From NCBI GenBank assembly GCA_001460835.1, contig CYKH01000567.1, forward strand, positions 1-40,665: a stretch of 40,665 nucleotides of DNA. Direction: 5' to 3'. The stretch comes from Bodo saltans. Taxonomy: Eukaryota. The notes under the pieces were generated by a model. That model saw only the letters and a program-made list of their open reading frames with translations. It made no database searches and was not told where the DNA came from. Of this stretch, positions 1-9,129 are shown piece by piece (the stretch's first letter is position 1; each line of letters begins with the position of its first letter). The position numbers and the translations under genes are program-made.

Positions 1-1182
1 ATTACGCTGAAGGAGCTCGACAACAATCGCCACGCCCTCCTGAACTCCGATCAAGATTTAGAGGACATGGAGAATCGTCACCAGGTAGAAATGAAAGTGT
101 ACAAACAAAAAGTTCGCCATTTGATGTACGAACACAAAATGCAAGTGCAAGAAATTCGACTAGAAAGTGATAGAGCGTTGCAGCAGGCGACTCAGCAGCA
201 CCAAGAAAGGATGGAGAAGCTCTTGAAGTCCAAGCAGCAGCACCACAAGGATATTCAGACTGCGGTTCAATCTCACGAAGGCGCCATTTCGGAAGCTCGT
301 GATAGCCACGAGTACATGATCAACACAACAAAGAAGCAGAATCACGAAAAGGAGATGAACCGATTGCAAAACTCTTACGAGTCCAAATTGAACTTGCTTC
401 GAAGTGAGCTCGAACTTCGCCGAAGAGCGGAGATTCATGAGATTGAGGAGCGCAAGAATGAGCACATCAACGAGCTTATCAAACTGCACGATCGGAAGTT
501 CACTGACATGAAGACGTACTACAATCAAATCACCACAAACAACTTAGACCTCATCAAGTCGTTGAAGGAAGAGATTGCCAATATGAAGAAGAACGATGAA
601 CACAACGAAACCCTTATGTACGATATCGAAAAGGAAAATCACAACCTCAGCGAGCCGCTTGAGCTGGCGAAGAAGGAAGTGGCCGAACTGCAACAGCAGC
701 TGAACAACTACGAGAAGGACAAGCTAAGCCTCACCAACACTCGTAGCCGTCTGCGAGCACTTGGGATCGAGTTTGCTCAACTTGAGGAGGACCACGACGG
801 TTTGAAGCTCAAATTCCACGAAGTGTACAACGACCGCGAGAATTTGAAAGCGAAGTTTGAGGCTGCGTTGCAGAATGCCATGGATGTGGTCCAAGAGCGC
901 AACAACGTACTGCAACAGAATTTGATTGGCCTTGGTGCAAAGGTAGAAGAGCGTGATGCACAGTTAGCCAATGTTCTTGCCGCAGTCAATCTTGAGCCCT
1001 CCGCTCTGGAGGTGGTCACTCGACAGCTGGAAGACACACTGGAGACAAAGAATCGCGCCATCAAAGACCTTCACTTTGAGCTCAAGAAGATTGAGCGCCA
1101 GCACAAGGATGTCACGTCCGAGTACGAGAGGCGGTGCCTGAGCAAAGACCTTCCAGTGCTCAACCTAGCTGCTATCGTGTAG
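1..1182 (+). CDS. GAS8: Growth-arrest-specific 8 / dynein regulatory complex subunit 4 (trypanin) homolog; 5'-partial. The reading frame is open from nt 1 and stops at TAG 1180-1182
   Basis: The translation RHQVEMKVYKQKVRHLMYEHK...ELRRRAEIHEIEERKN...KTYYNQITTNNLDLIKSLKEEI...KDLHFELKKIE aligns block-by-block with my recollection of human GAS8 ([23 protein letters not shown]..., [47 protein letters not shown]). It is coiled-coil throughout. Frame 1 has no stop from nt 1, so the N-terminus lies upstream of the window. Confidence 0.85.
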   Translation: MTLKELDNNRHALLNSDQDLEDMENRHQVEMKVYKQKVRHLMYEHKMQVQEIRLESDRALQQATQQHQERMEKLLKSKQQHHKDIQTAVQSHEGAISEARDSHEYMINTTKKQNHEKEMNRLQNSYESKLNLLRSELELRRRAEIHEIEERKNEHINELIKLHDRKFTDMKTYYNQITTNNLDLIKSLKEEIANMKKNDEHNETLMYDIEKENHNLSEPLELAKKEVAELQQQLNNYEKDKLSLTNTRSRLRALGIEFAQLEEDHDGLKLKFHEVYNDRENLKAKFEAALQNAMDVVQERNNVLQQNLIGLGAKVEERDAQLANVLAAVNLEPSALEVVTRQLEDTLETKNRAIKDLHFELKKIERQHKDVTSEYERRCLSKDLPVLNLAAIV

Positions 1183-1383
1183 GGTGGTTGCAACGAGGAA
1201 AATGAGGAGGCGGAAAATAGGATCCAAGAACACTTTTTTTTTGTTCTTCGACTTCCCACAACAATACCTTGTCCCTCACATGTCAAGGTTGTGGGCATGT
1301 TTGTACATACACACAGAAACGCCGCACCCTACTTATTTTTTCTAAACGCAAGTGATTAACTAATTTGAATCCCAATGCACTGC

Positions 1384-1414
1384 TTTTTTTTTTTTTTATT
1401 ATTGCCTTACTAAG
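1384..1414 (+). promoter_or_regulatory. Polypyrimidine tract (T14, then attattgccttac) followed by AG; candidate trans-splicing acceptor for the downstream gene (ATG 1456)
   Basis: T run at 1384-1397, pyrimidine-rich to 1410, AG at 1413-1414. This is the usual kinetoplastid signal coupling spliced-leader addition to upstream polyadenylation. Confidence 0.45.
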
Positions 1415-1455
1415 AGGGTTGGATCATTCTTGATTTGACTCGAAATTGTAACCAC

Positions 1456-3003
1456 ATGCCCCTCGGTGTGCTTGCTGTCGATATCGATAAGCTCATTCAA
1501 AACCGTATCACTATTCCCTCCTCATCCGCGCGGAACTTTGCGGCCGATACGAAAACATCCCCATTTTCCAAGGACCGCAATCACCATCATCGTCATCATA
1601 CGTCACCAGCAAGCAGCCACAATGAGCGCAGCGGACATCAGCAACGATCCATCTCACCTCGAGGCATTGAGGCTTACCCATCCACGCCCCATCGACGAAA
1701 CGACTGCTATTTGATCAAAGGCGACGATGGGACTCGTGTTTGGAATGGAGTTGTGGTGCCCCCCGCCTCACCAACCTTAACACCAACAACCACGCCACGA
1801 GGAAAGCATCGTCGTCGTATGGGACCTCGTAGTGGCGGTATCAGTCCCAGAAGTTCCGACAACGGAACGCCGTTTCAAATCGAGGACGTCGCCACAGGTC
1901 CATCGTCAACTCTTGATGAGGTGCCTTTTGCTGTGGAGGTTCACTGGTCCCCGCGAGAGGCTCACTCCACCGTCACGATAGTCCCCAGCCCTAGTAGACA
2001 ATTCCTCCGCAACGCTTCAGAAGAACGCCACCACCACGGAGGTTCCTCTGCCATTACTCCCAGAAGCTTCAGTGGCGCTCGAGGCTTCAGTCAGCCCTCT
2101 GCCACACCACCGCCGCTCCACACGATGCACAATCCTGCAACGGTCAGCAACAACATTGGAAAGGTAGAGCCACCACCGCTTCCAACCGCTGCGGGCACAG
2201 GTATTATGGTTGCACCGCGGCCAGGATCGGGGAGCAGCCTTGAGGGAGGAGGAGGACAATCTAGGAAGGGAAGTGCCACAGCAACTCGTCAAGGCAGTGC
2301 ACGAACAGTGCGTGTGATTGATCATAATGAGGAGCCTTTATCTCATTCTTCTGAGGACCTTCGTGCTGCGCGTCCACCACTTGGGGGGAAGACAACAACA
2401 CAACAAGAGGGTGACGACGACACAACACTTTCCAACGAGCCGTCGTCTTCGTCGAGGATTTCTGCTGTTGCACAAGATATCATCGACACCACGCTCAGCT
2501 ACGTCAAAGGTCGCGTGCAGATCATCATGAACCCGCCCCCGCGTATCCCCCAACCTCCGTCCACCTTTCCCAGTCGCGACGTTGAGGAACGCCTCCTGGG
2601 ACCCAAGAGGAGGGGATGCGATGAGGACGGTGTTGTCTCATCTCGACGGCGAGTGTCACACGGAGACATGATTGCTTCAGGAGATGCTTCATGCAGCACT
2701 CATCGACAACGTGACATGATCCGTGAGAAGGAGCGACGATTGGCCAATGTATCATTCCGTCATGAGAATATTTTTGAGCCCCATTGCCGGTCACTGCCAT
2801 CCACACTGTCCACGTATCGCCTTTCGCTTCACGCGAAAAAAGATCCGATGTTTCCTGCAGTGTTTGATCTGGAGTATGTAAAGCCTTCGAGAGTGGTGCA
2901 TGCTCACAAGAACACTGCCGAGCGCCGGAGCCAAGCGTACGACACGATTTCACCTTCGGAGCAGAAGATTTTGGATGTCATTGCCGCCAAAGGAACTGTG
3001 TGA
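1456..3003 (+). CDS. Hypothetical Ser/Pro/His/Arg-rich protein, predicted intrinsically disordered, with many SP/TP dipeptides
   Basis: A 1.55 kb open frame runs on the same strand as its neighbours. The ORF-track start at 1435 is TTG, and the first in-frame ATG is 1456. A polyT tract (1384-1397) followed by AG sits upstream. Composition is low-complexity (HHHRHH, SPASS, TPTTTPRGKHRRR). I recognise no domain. Confidence 0.5.
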   Translation: MPLGVLAVDIDKLIQNRITIPSSSARNFAADTKTSPFSKDRNHHHRHHTSPASSHNERSGHQQRSISPRGIEAYPSTPHRRNDCYLIKGDDGTRVWNGVVVPPASPTLTPTTTPRGKHRRRMGPRSGGISPRSSDNGTPFQIEDVATGPSSTLDEVPFAVEVHWSPREAHSTVTIVPSPSRQFLRNASEERHHHGGSSAITPRSFSGARGFSQPSATPPPLHTMHNPATVSNNIGKVEPPPLPTAAGTGIMVAPRPGSGSSLEGGGGQSRKGSATATRQGSARTVRVIDHNEEPLSHSSEDLRAARPPLGGKTTTQQEGDDDTTLSNEPSSSSRISAVAQDIIDTTLSYVKGRVQIIMNPPPRIPQPPSTFPSRDVEERLLGPKRRGCDEDGVVSSRRRVSHGDMIASGDASCSTHRQRDMIREKERRLANVSFRHENIFEPHCRSLPSTLSTYRLSLHAKKDPMFPAVFDLEYVKPSRVVHAHKNTAERRSQAYDTISPSEQKILDVIAAKGTV

Positions 3004-3025
3004 GTGGCCGTTCTGTTTGTGGTCA

Positions 3026-3068
3026 TTTTTTTTTTCTTCCCGTTTATTTCCTCGTTCATTGTGTACAG
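3026..3068 (+). promoter_or_regulatory. Polypyrimidine tract (T10 cttcccgtttatttcctcgttcatt) with a downstream AG; candidate spliced-leader acceptor for the 1586-aa protein gene
   Basis: Read directly; AG at 3067-3068. It lies 158 nt upstream of ATG 3226. Confidence 0.4.
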
Positions 3069-3225
3069 TCACGTGGGATTTCCACGAACCAAACAAAAGT
3101 GTTGACTGCTTCTATCATCTGTTACGTCATACTTTACAGTAAATTACGTTCGAAGCCTATTTTTGTCGTGATCTGTATTTCATCAGAAATAGAGTTTGGC
3201 TTCATCAAACAATTACACTGCACTG

Positions 3226-6200
3226 ATGGTGGGGGATCTCTTCGCATCGTATCAGCAATCTGGTCGTCGCGGCGGGAGCTCGGCAGCTGTGAACAGAGGT
3301 GGTGACTCTTCGCCAGAACTAACACTGTTCAAATCTGTTGTGACCCAAGTGTCCACAAACATTGCCTCGAGCATCCAAACGCCAAGCTCCATGCGCGTCC
3401 TAGCTTCATACTTCACTCGCAAGACTCCAGAGATTGATGGCCGTCCGTTTTGTGTTGCGCTCGCAGACTGCACATTCTTGTACCACCTGCAGATGTCGCG
3501 CGTTCCAAAACCTGACGTTGACATCTACGCACAGCTTGTTTGCGATGTCATCGCACAGCTGAGCAGCAACGAGCAACAGGTTCAGCCATTCATGACGTTT
3601 GTGGTCCGTGACCGCATTCTAGGGATGCGCTCCGATACCTCGACCAAGGCTCACTTTGTGGTGTTGCTGCCTCCCAGCATGTTTCACGCCTGGGACCATC
3701 TAGTGTCCACGCTGATTTCGCACAACGTCATCCCAGAGCAATGGGTGACTCACTTTCATGCGCAGTTGGGGATTCTAAGCAAATCTGCCTCGCCGATGGT
3801 GTCGCAGCGTGCCATGGCAGCGTTAGTTCGAACCTCGCTGAATGTATCGTTTATGGAGCAAGTGCAGGAGCTGAAGGCGGTCTTAAAGGCGAAAAAGAAC
3901 ACCCTCCGCATTGACTTTATTTTCACATGCTACGAACGGTTGAAGCGGATTTGCCCTGACACTGAACGGGCCACGTTAGAACTTCGTGGTCTCGCAATTC
4001 ATTGCAGTGAAATCTTCCTGAAATTCCGCTCGCCCATTCGCCGTGACTACGTTGAGCGCTTCTTGTACCCAGCACTGTGCAGCGAAGACATGCAGCAGTA
4101 CGTGGCAATTCCCCAAACACTTCACCACTTGACGCGCCGCTTGTTGCGCCAGTGTGTCCCCAACATGTCCACCACCAACGCCTTCTACATGTCGATTTGT
4201 GCGCTGATCCACCGAGAGATGAATAATGAGGTTGACGCATCGTTGGAAATGTTACGACTGATGCGCTGCCAGATGCCCCATGCTGCCTATTTCTTGGGCA
4301 CCCTTGCCATCGACCCCAACATGTCGCTGAATACGTTTGGCAAGGCAATGTTAGTTCTGGCTCGTGCAGCGGGGTTTACGTTGAAGGGCTGGTCGGCCGA
4401 TGGTGATCAGGTAGCTCAGAACATGAATAACAACCTGATGGACGTGTACAACGTACTCTTCACGTTGAGGGAGGTCGTTCGTTACTGCTCATGTGGCTCT
4501 ACAAAGAGAACCGAAGACATGCTGAAAGCGTCTCGCGTTGCCCTCCCTGAGAAGTCGATTGACGCTTTGGGAAGGCTGACGGAAGCTTTTGACGGGAATT
4601 ACACGGTTGTTCTCGAACCGTCGTTGCTGTGTGCGGAGCTTGGCATGGTAGTTCACGACGTGAACATCGACGAGGCCGTGGACGCGTCGATACTCCATCT
4701 CACTGAAGCCTCACAGTTTTGCACGCACTGCGCTGCGCCAAATTCGTCTGCGACCGTATGTCCAGTTCAAGGCATTCCTCATTTAGAAACGGCAGTGGCT
4801 GCTCGTCGCCTGCTGTCTACCATCGCAGAGTGCGCAGGAAGCAAGGTGCTCGAAAAGAAGCTGATTGCGTTGTTCCGTGAGTCCAACGCCCAACACAATG
4901 CCGCTCTCCATCAGTTGACATTCCACATCCTCAAACACGCGGGGCAACATCGCGTATCCTTATTTCGTGCACTCGAGCCGTACATCCGCAACACTCTGTT
5001 GACCATTCTCGCCGCGGATCAAAACACAAGGGACGACGACAACTCCGGAACCCTCAGTCTGATGAAAGCAAACATCATGCACTTGAACGTCAAGCTCTCC
5101 ATTCTTATGTCTTCCGTGATTGACCCCACGTACGTCAAAGCAGTCCTCAAGACATTTGCTGATATGCAGTTGCGTAGTAACCACGATAGTCTTGTCCAAT
5201 GGTACCTGTGCAACTATTTACTTCGCAACGGTCGCGCTAATGTAGAACTGATGCCGATTGATCCCCATGCGTGCAACTTTGGTAGTGAGTTCCCTGCGTG
5301 CGCTCCCGCAAACCACGTCGCGGCGGAGAATGGGCAGATGCTTCTCGAACTCCTCGATCGTGCGCTCCACAGCAGCTCCGAGATGGCAAAGCTTCGAGGG
5401 TGCACGGTTTGCCGCTTGGTGCAGGATTTCTGTCCCCAGACTGCGAATATTGTGACACAGTTGCTCGGCTCGTGCGGCTTCATCCCTGTTGGCATGTCGG
5501 AGCTCCATCGATACGCGATTCCTGTCGGCGCAGAGAGCACATTTTGGGTGTTCGTTCACAAACAGATGAAGTCCTGCGCTCCCACACGAGCCGCTTTGCT
5601 CGCCACCCTTGCACGTAGCATCGCTATGCGCTTCCGTTTGCAGAGTCCCGCGGAAGCTGTGGCGGTTGAGGGTGGAGAGTCTACGGGTCATGTCTTTGCA
5701 GTGATGATGTACGAAGCGTTGCGCCGCAATGCCGACCTCGCCAGCAAAGTCATGTCGACCATGTCCAGTTGGATGTCGAAACCGCGCAAAGATATGTCTG
5801 CTGGCAAATTTACAACCCTTGTGTACTGCTGCATTCAGCTTGCTACGGCCGTGATGTTGCGGCATGACTTTACCGACGAGATGGAGGCTGCTACAGAACC
5901 GCCGTCTGAACGAGCTCTATTCGAGCGAGCAATCCGAGACACTACCTCGGTCATCAACTCTCAACTTCCACGCGTCGAAAAGCTGATTCCTAACGTTGCC
6001 GAGAATCCTGCGTTTACGTTCTTGTTGAAGAAAATTCATCTGCGTGCTCGGCTACTTATTTCGGAAGTCGAACAACGGCCCGTTCGTCCAAGCCCATTTG
6101 ACGACGAAGTGAACGAGGCGGCACGCCGCTCTACTGGTGAGCCACTGGCCAACACAGTTGACATTCGCGATCTCCAAAACGAGGACGACAACGATTTCTT

Positions 6201-7986
6201 TCAAGCAGGTGGCGATGACTTCGGCGGCGAGGGCTCGTGGGAGAATAATGATGGCGACAATGGTGCAATGGATCATGCGAGCGACTACGACGACGACATA
6301 CAGTATCGACCCAAGCAAACAAACAGAGTCTATGCACATGAAGACATTTCTGGCCTCAGCGGCGATGAGGGTAATGCTGGCGACAACAGCGATGGAGGCG
6401 CTCACCGACGCTTTCCCCACAACAGTGCACGCGCTGCGATGACGACCACAACGTTCAGCGCATCCAAGAATGACTCGTATCAACAACAGCAGCGACCCAA
6501 CCACTACAACCAAAGGCCGCAGCAACTTCCGCAGGGGATCCTTGTGAACCGATCCGCCGCTTCGAGCATCGGCCCAAGTGTGTCGATGCGCCCAGCTGCT
6601 CCACAAGCGACCTCACGAGCAACGTCCGTAGCTCGATCGACGCAAACGGCTCGAGAAATCGGCACGAACACATCACTTTCATCAGGGGAAGACGAACCTG
6701 TCCAACAAGTCAATATGCCAACTACCACCACCGGTGACATGCCTTCCTCCGCCAAACGACGAGGGCAGTATTTCTTTAAGAACACTCCCCACCATCCAAC
6801 AGCAACACGACAGCAGCAGCAGCATCAGCAGTCTTATCCAGATGAGCAGATGCCTGCAGCACGCAGCCGCAGTGGAGTCAGCTCAGGTGCGTCGTCTAAC
6901 TTCCTCCGGCGAGCTCCGGCCGAACAGGAGGTGCACCAAGGGTTCGTAGGAATGCAGCCGCATCAGGTGTTTGCGGTGCACCCACAGCATGCCGCCATGC
7001 TGCTGCACCAACAACAGCTCACACCTCACCCCGGGTATGCCCTTTCATCTGAGGCGGCCATGCAAATGTTCGCGTTGCAGGGTGGCGCTGACTCGCTGCT
7101 CGAGGACATCGGCGGGAGCACGGGTGTCGCGATGCGTCGTACGCAGCAGTTCTTAGCCGAACAACAAGCGTCTCAGTTCATCCCTGCTGTCGGGCACAAC
7201 AACATGCCAACCACAACGAATCGATATCACTCGGCACACCAAACGTACGTTCCACCTCCCCAACACGCGATGGCCCATATCACTATGGAGCCCAGGATCA
7301 ACAACTACGGGGAGCCACACTCCTCGCGTGCCCCATTGCCCCAGTCATCGGTCATCACGCACGTGACGATGCAGGAGGTGCAGAGCCGCCCCACATCAAG
7401 GCCCCGTGATGACTCCACTCATTACGCCCACGATGTGCATGATGACAGCGCTCATAAGCGCCGACGGCTCGACTCGCAACATCATGATCCTTTGATGCAG
7501 CAATACCCCCAACAACAACAACAACACCTCGTGTCATCCCATAACATGGTACGCCAGCAAGGCCCAGTGATGTCAGCACAAGATGCACAACGCCTTATCG
7601 AACTACAGTTTGGCAGGCAGCCCTCGTCCACCCACACGGGTGAGGAGCTGATGATCGGTAACGGTGGTGCTCACGTTAACGAAGACGAAGGGGAACGTTT
7701 CAGAGCAACGCCACACCCCAATCAAATTGGATTCGACCTCACGACGCCGCACGCCAGTCGAATGATTCCGCAAGGGCTGGTGGAGCAGCAGGCCGCGTCC
7801 ACACTGCGAGACATCGCCGCAGCCCAGTCATCTGCGAATGTTGTCATGGGAGGCTCAAGCGCAAAGCGTCGCTTCACGTCCCAAACGTTTGAGGGGTCTG
7901 AAAATGAGAGTCAGTGGTACACCGTCAACGGAGCACCGCTCCCCACGTATGTCACTGACAGCAGGTACAACATGGAAAATTTCTAG
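3226..7986 (+). CDS. Large hypothetical protein (about 1586 aa): a structured N-terminal portion of roughly 950 aa followed by a Gln/His/Pro/Ser-rich acidic low-complexity C-terminal tail of roughly 640 aa
   Basis: A 4.8 kb uninterrupted frame. The ORF-track start at 3196 is TTG, and the first ATG is 3226. A pyrimidine tract at 3026-3060 lies upstream. The N-terminal part has ordinary globular composition. From about nt 6070 the sequence becomes DDND/GDDFGGEGSWENNDGDNG, then QQQ, HQQQ, PQQQQQH runs. I recognise no family. Confidence 0.6.
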   Translation: MVGDLFASYQQSGRRGGSSAAVNRGGDSSPELTLFKSVVTQVSTNIASSIQTPSSMRVLASYFTRKTPEIDGRPFCVALADCTFLYHLQMSRVPKPDVDIYAQLVCDVIAQLSSNEQQVQPFMTFVVRDRILGMRSDTSTKAHFVVLLPPSMFHAWDHLVSTLISHNVIPEQWVTHFHAQLGILSKSASPMVSQRAMAALVRTSLNVSFMEQVQELKAVLKAKKNTLRIDFIFTCYERLKRICPDTERATLELRGLAIHCSEIFLKFRSPIRRDYVERFLYPALCSEDMQQYVAIPQTLHHLTRRLLRQCVPNMSTTNAFYMSICALIHREMNNEVDASLEMLRLMRCQMPHAAYFLGTLAIDPNMSLNTFGKAMLVLARAAGFTLKGWSADGDQVAQNMNNNLMDVYNVLFTLREVVRYCSCGSTKRTEDMLKASRVALPEKSIDALGRLTEAFDGNYTVVLEPSLLCAELGMVVHDVNIDEAVDASILHLTEASQFCTHCAAPNSSATVCPVQGIPHLETAVAARRLLSTIAECAGSKVLEKKLIALFRESNAQHNAALHQLTFHILKHAGQHRVSLFRALEPYIRNTLLTILAADQNTRDDDNSGTLSLMKANIMHLNVKLSILMSSVIDPTYVKAVLKTFADMQLRSNHDSLVQWYLCNYLLRNGRANVELMPIDPHACNFGSEFPACAPANHVAAENGQMLLELLDRALHSSSEMAKLRGCTVCRLVQDFCPQTANIVTQLLGSCGFIPVGMSELHRYAIPVGAESTFWVFVHKQMKSCAPTRAALLATLARSIAMRFRLQSPAEAVAVEGGESTGHVFAVMMYEALRRNADLASKVMSTMSSWMSKPRKDMSAGKFTTLVYCCIQLATAVMLRHDFTDEMEAATEPPSERALFERAIRDTTSVINSQLPRVEKLIPNVAENPAFTFLLKKIHLRARLLISEVEQRPVRPSPFDDEVNEAARRSTGEPLANTVDIRDLQNEDDNDFFQAGGDDFGGEGSWENNDGDNGAMDHASDYDDDIQYRPKQTNRVYAHEDISGLSGDEGNAGDNSDGGAHRRFPHNSARAAMTTTTFSASKNDSYQQQQRPNHYNQRPQQLPQGILVNRSAASSIGPSVSMRPAAPQATSRATSVARSTQTAREIGTNTSLSSGEDEPVQQVNMPTTTTGDMPSSAKRRGQYFFKNTPHHPTATRQQQQHQQSYPDEQMPAARSRSGVSSGASSNFLRRAPAEQEVHQGFVGMQPHQVFAVHPQHAAMLLHQQQLTPHPGYALSSEAAMQMFALQGGADSLLEDIGGSTGVAMRRTQQFLAEQQASQFIPAVGHNNMPTTTNRYHSAHQTYVPPPQHAMAHITMEPRINNYGEPHSSRAPLPQSSVITHVTMQEVQSRPTSRPRDDSTHYAHDVHDDSAHKRRRLDSQHHDPLMQQYPQQQQQHLVSSHNMVRQQGPVMSAQDAQRLIELQFGRQPSSTHTGEELMIGNGGAHVNEDEGERFRATPHPNQIGFDLTTPHASRMIPQGLVEQQAASTLRDIAAAQSSANVVMGGSSAKRRFTSQTFEGSENESQWYTVNGAPLPTYVTDSRYNMENF

Positions 7987-8076
7987 ATCTTCGGAAAAAA
8001 AAGTTTGCTTATACTGGAGCAAGAGTCAACACAGTCACGTGATTAGATAGATCAAAACGAAACTCCCCTCATCATC

Positions 8077-8102
8077 CACACACACACACACACACACACA
8101 CA
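8077..8102. repeat. (CA)13 dinucleotide microsatellite, followed by AC-rich sequence to about 8180
   Basis: Read directly: cacacacacacacacacacacacaca, then gacaacacccacaag...cacacacaacacacaccacacaaacacacaag. It lies in the 409-bp spacer between the CDS ending at 7986 and the CDS starting at 8396. Confidence 0.9.
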
Positions 8103-8395
8103 GACAACACCCACAAGGCCTATCATGAGACAATACAAAAAGTAAAACACACACAACACACACCACACAAACACACAAGAATAGATCCAATTCCAAAGTG
8201 CACACTCCTCCACCCTGCTACTACAAAGAAGCAAGGCGGTCCTTGGCACCCCATCCCGTTGTTTCCTTTCTAGCGATTTCTGCATGCGCTCCTGAATTTC
8301 ATTTTCTAAAAAAATAACAACAACAACAAAACAAAGAAACATCGTGTGCATTCTGCATCACGCAATAATAAAGAAAGGGAGAGACAATCAAAAAA

Positions 8396-8908
8396 ATGCG
8401 CAGCACAACTATTGCCGCGATTGTAGGGTTTCTTGTTCTTGCCTCATCTGTTGTACACGGGGCGGAGGTGGTCAGCAGCATCATGTGTGTATGCCGCTGC
8501 TGCTACCAAGGAGACTGCGCCCCCATCTCCAACGCCTCATGGACTGTGAGTTCCTGCAGCGACTGCAAGACGAGCCTTTGCAACGCGTACGTTGCGTCAT
8601 CCGCAGCTCGCACGAAAGCAGCCAGACTGTTTGACAGCCTTGAGAGCTCCGTGCCTGAGGCTGCCGTGTCCAAGGAGGAGGTTGATGTTTGCGAAATTGT
8701 GACAGTGTTGGAGGTTGCCACCTGCTCTGGTGCTCAATGCAAGCGCTCCACGAATCTGAAAGCCGAGTGCTACAATCGCGACGCACCATTGATGAAATAT
8801 ACCATCCAGGTGTTTGTGTTCATTTTCTTTGCAGGCACCTTCTTTGGTCTCATCAAGAACCATATTCCCGCGTTCCAGGAGATCAACGCCAAGTACTTCA
8901 ATTACTAG
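8396..8908 (+). CDS. Small hypothetical Cys-rich type-I membrane or secreted protein (170 aa) with an N-terminal signal peptide and a C-terminal transmembrane helix
   Basis: The ATG is at 8396. The N-terminus MRSTTIAAIVGFLVLASSVVHGAEV is a typical signal peptide. The ectodomain carries at least 14 Cys (CVCRCCYQGDC, SCSDCKTSLC) and an NAS sequon. A hydrophobic stretch IQVFVFIFFAGTFFGLI is followed by a short tail. A polypyrimidine tract at 8249-8270 and AG at 8272 lie upstream. Confidence 0.4.
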   Translation: MRSTTIAAIVGFLVLASSVVHGAEVVSSIMCVCRCCYQGDCAPISNASWTVSSCSDCKTSLCNAYVASSAARTKAARLFDSLESSVPEAAVSKEEVDVCEIVTVLEVATCSGAQCKRSTNLKAECYNRDAPLMKYTIQVFVFIFFAGTFFGLIKNHIPAFQEINAKYFNY

Positions 8909-9129
8909 AAGAATATGGAAAACAACTTGGATGATGAGTGCGTGTGTGATGAAAATGTGTCGTGTGACAGTCGACAGCGGCATCATAGTGAATGCGACAT
9001 GGGAGAAAAATGATGACTTGTGTAGATATGTTCTTAAATGGATTGGAAAAAAACAACTTTTCGGCGCTTTTTTCTCAATGCTAACTTCCGACACACAACG
9101 ACAAAGCGTGACACGACGACAAAGAAGAA

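Noticed and set aside
3000-3305. A 101-aa plus-strand ORF overlapping the stop of gene 2 and the start region of gene 3.
   Set aside because: It lies in the spacer containing the polyT tract and reads through pyrimidine-rich sequence (FFFLPVYFLV), which is typical spurious translation of a trans-splicing signal region.
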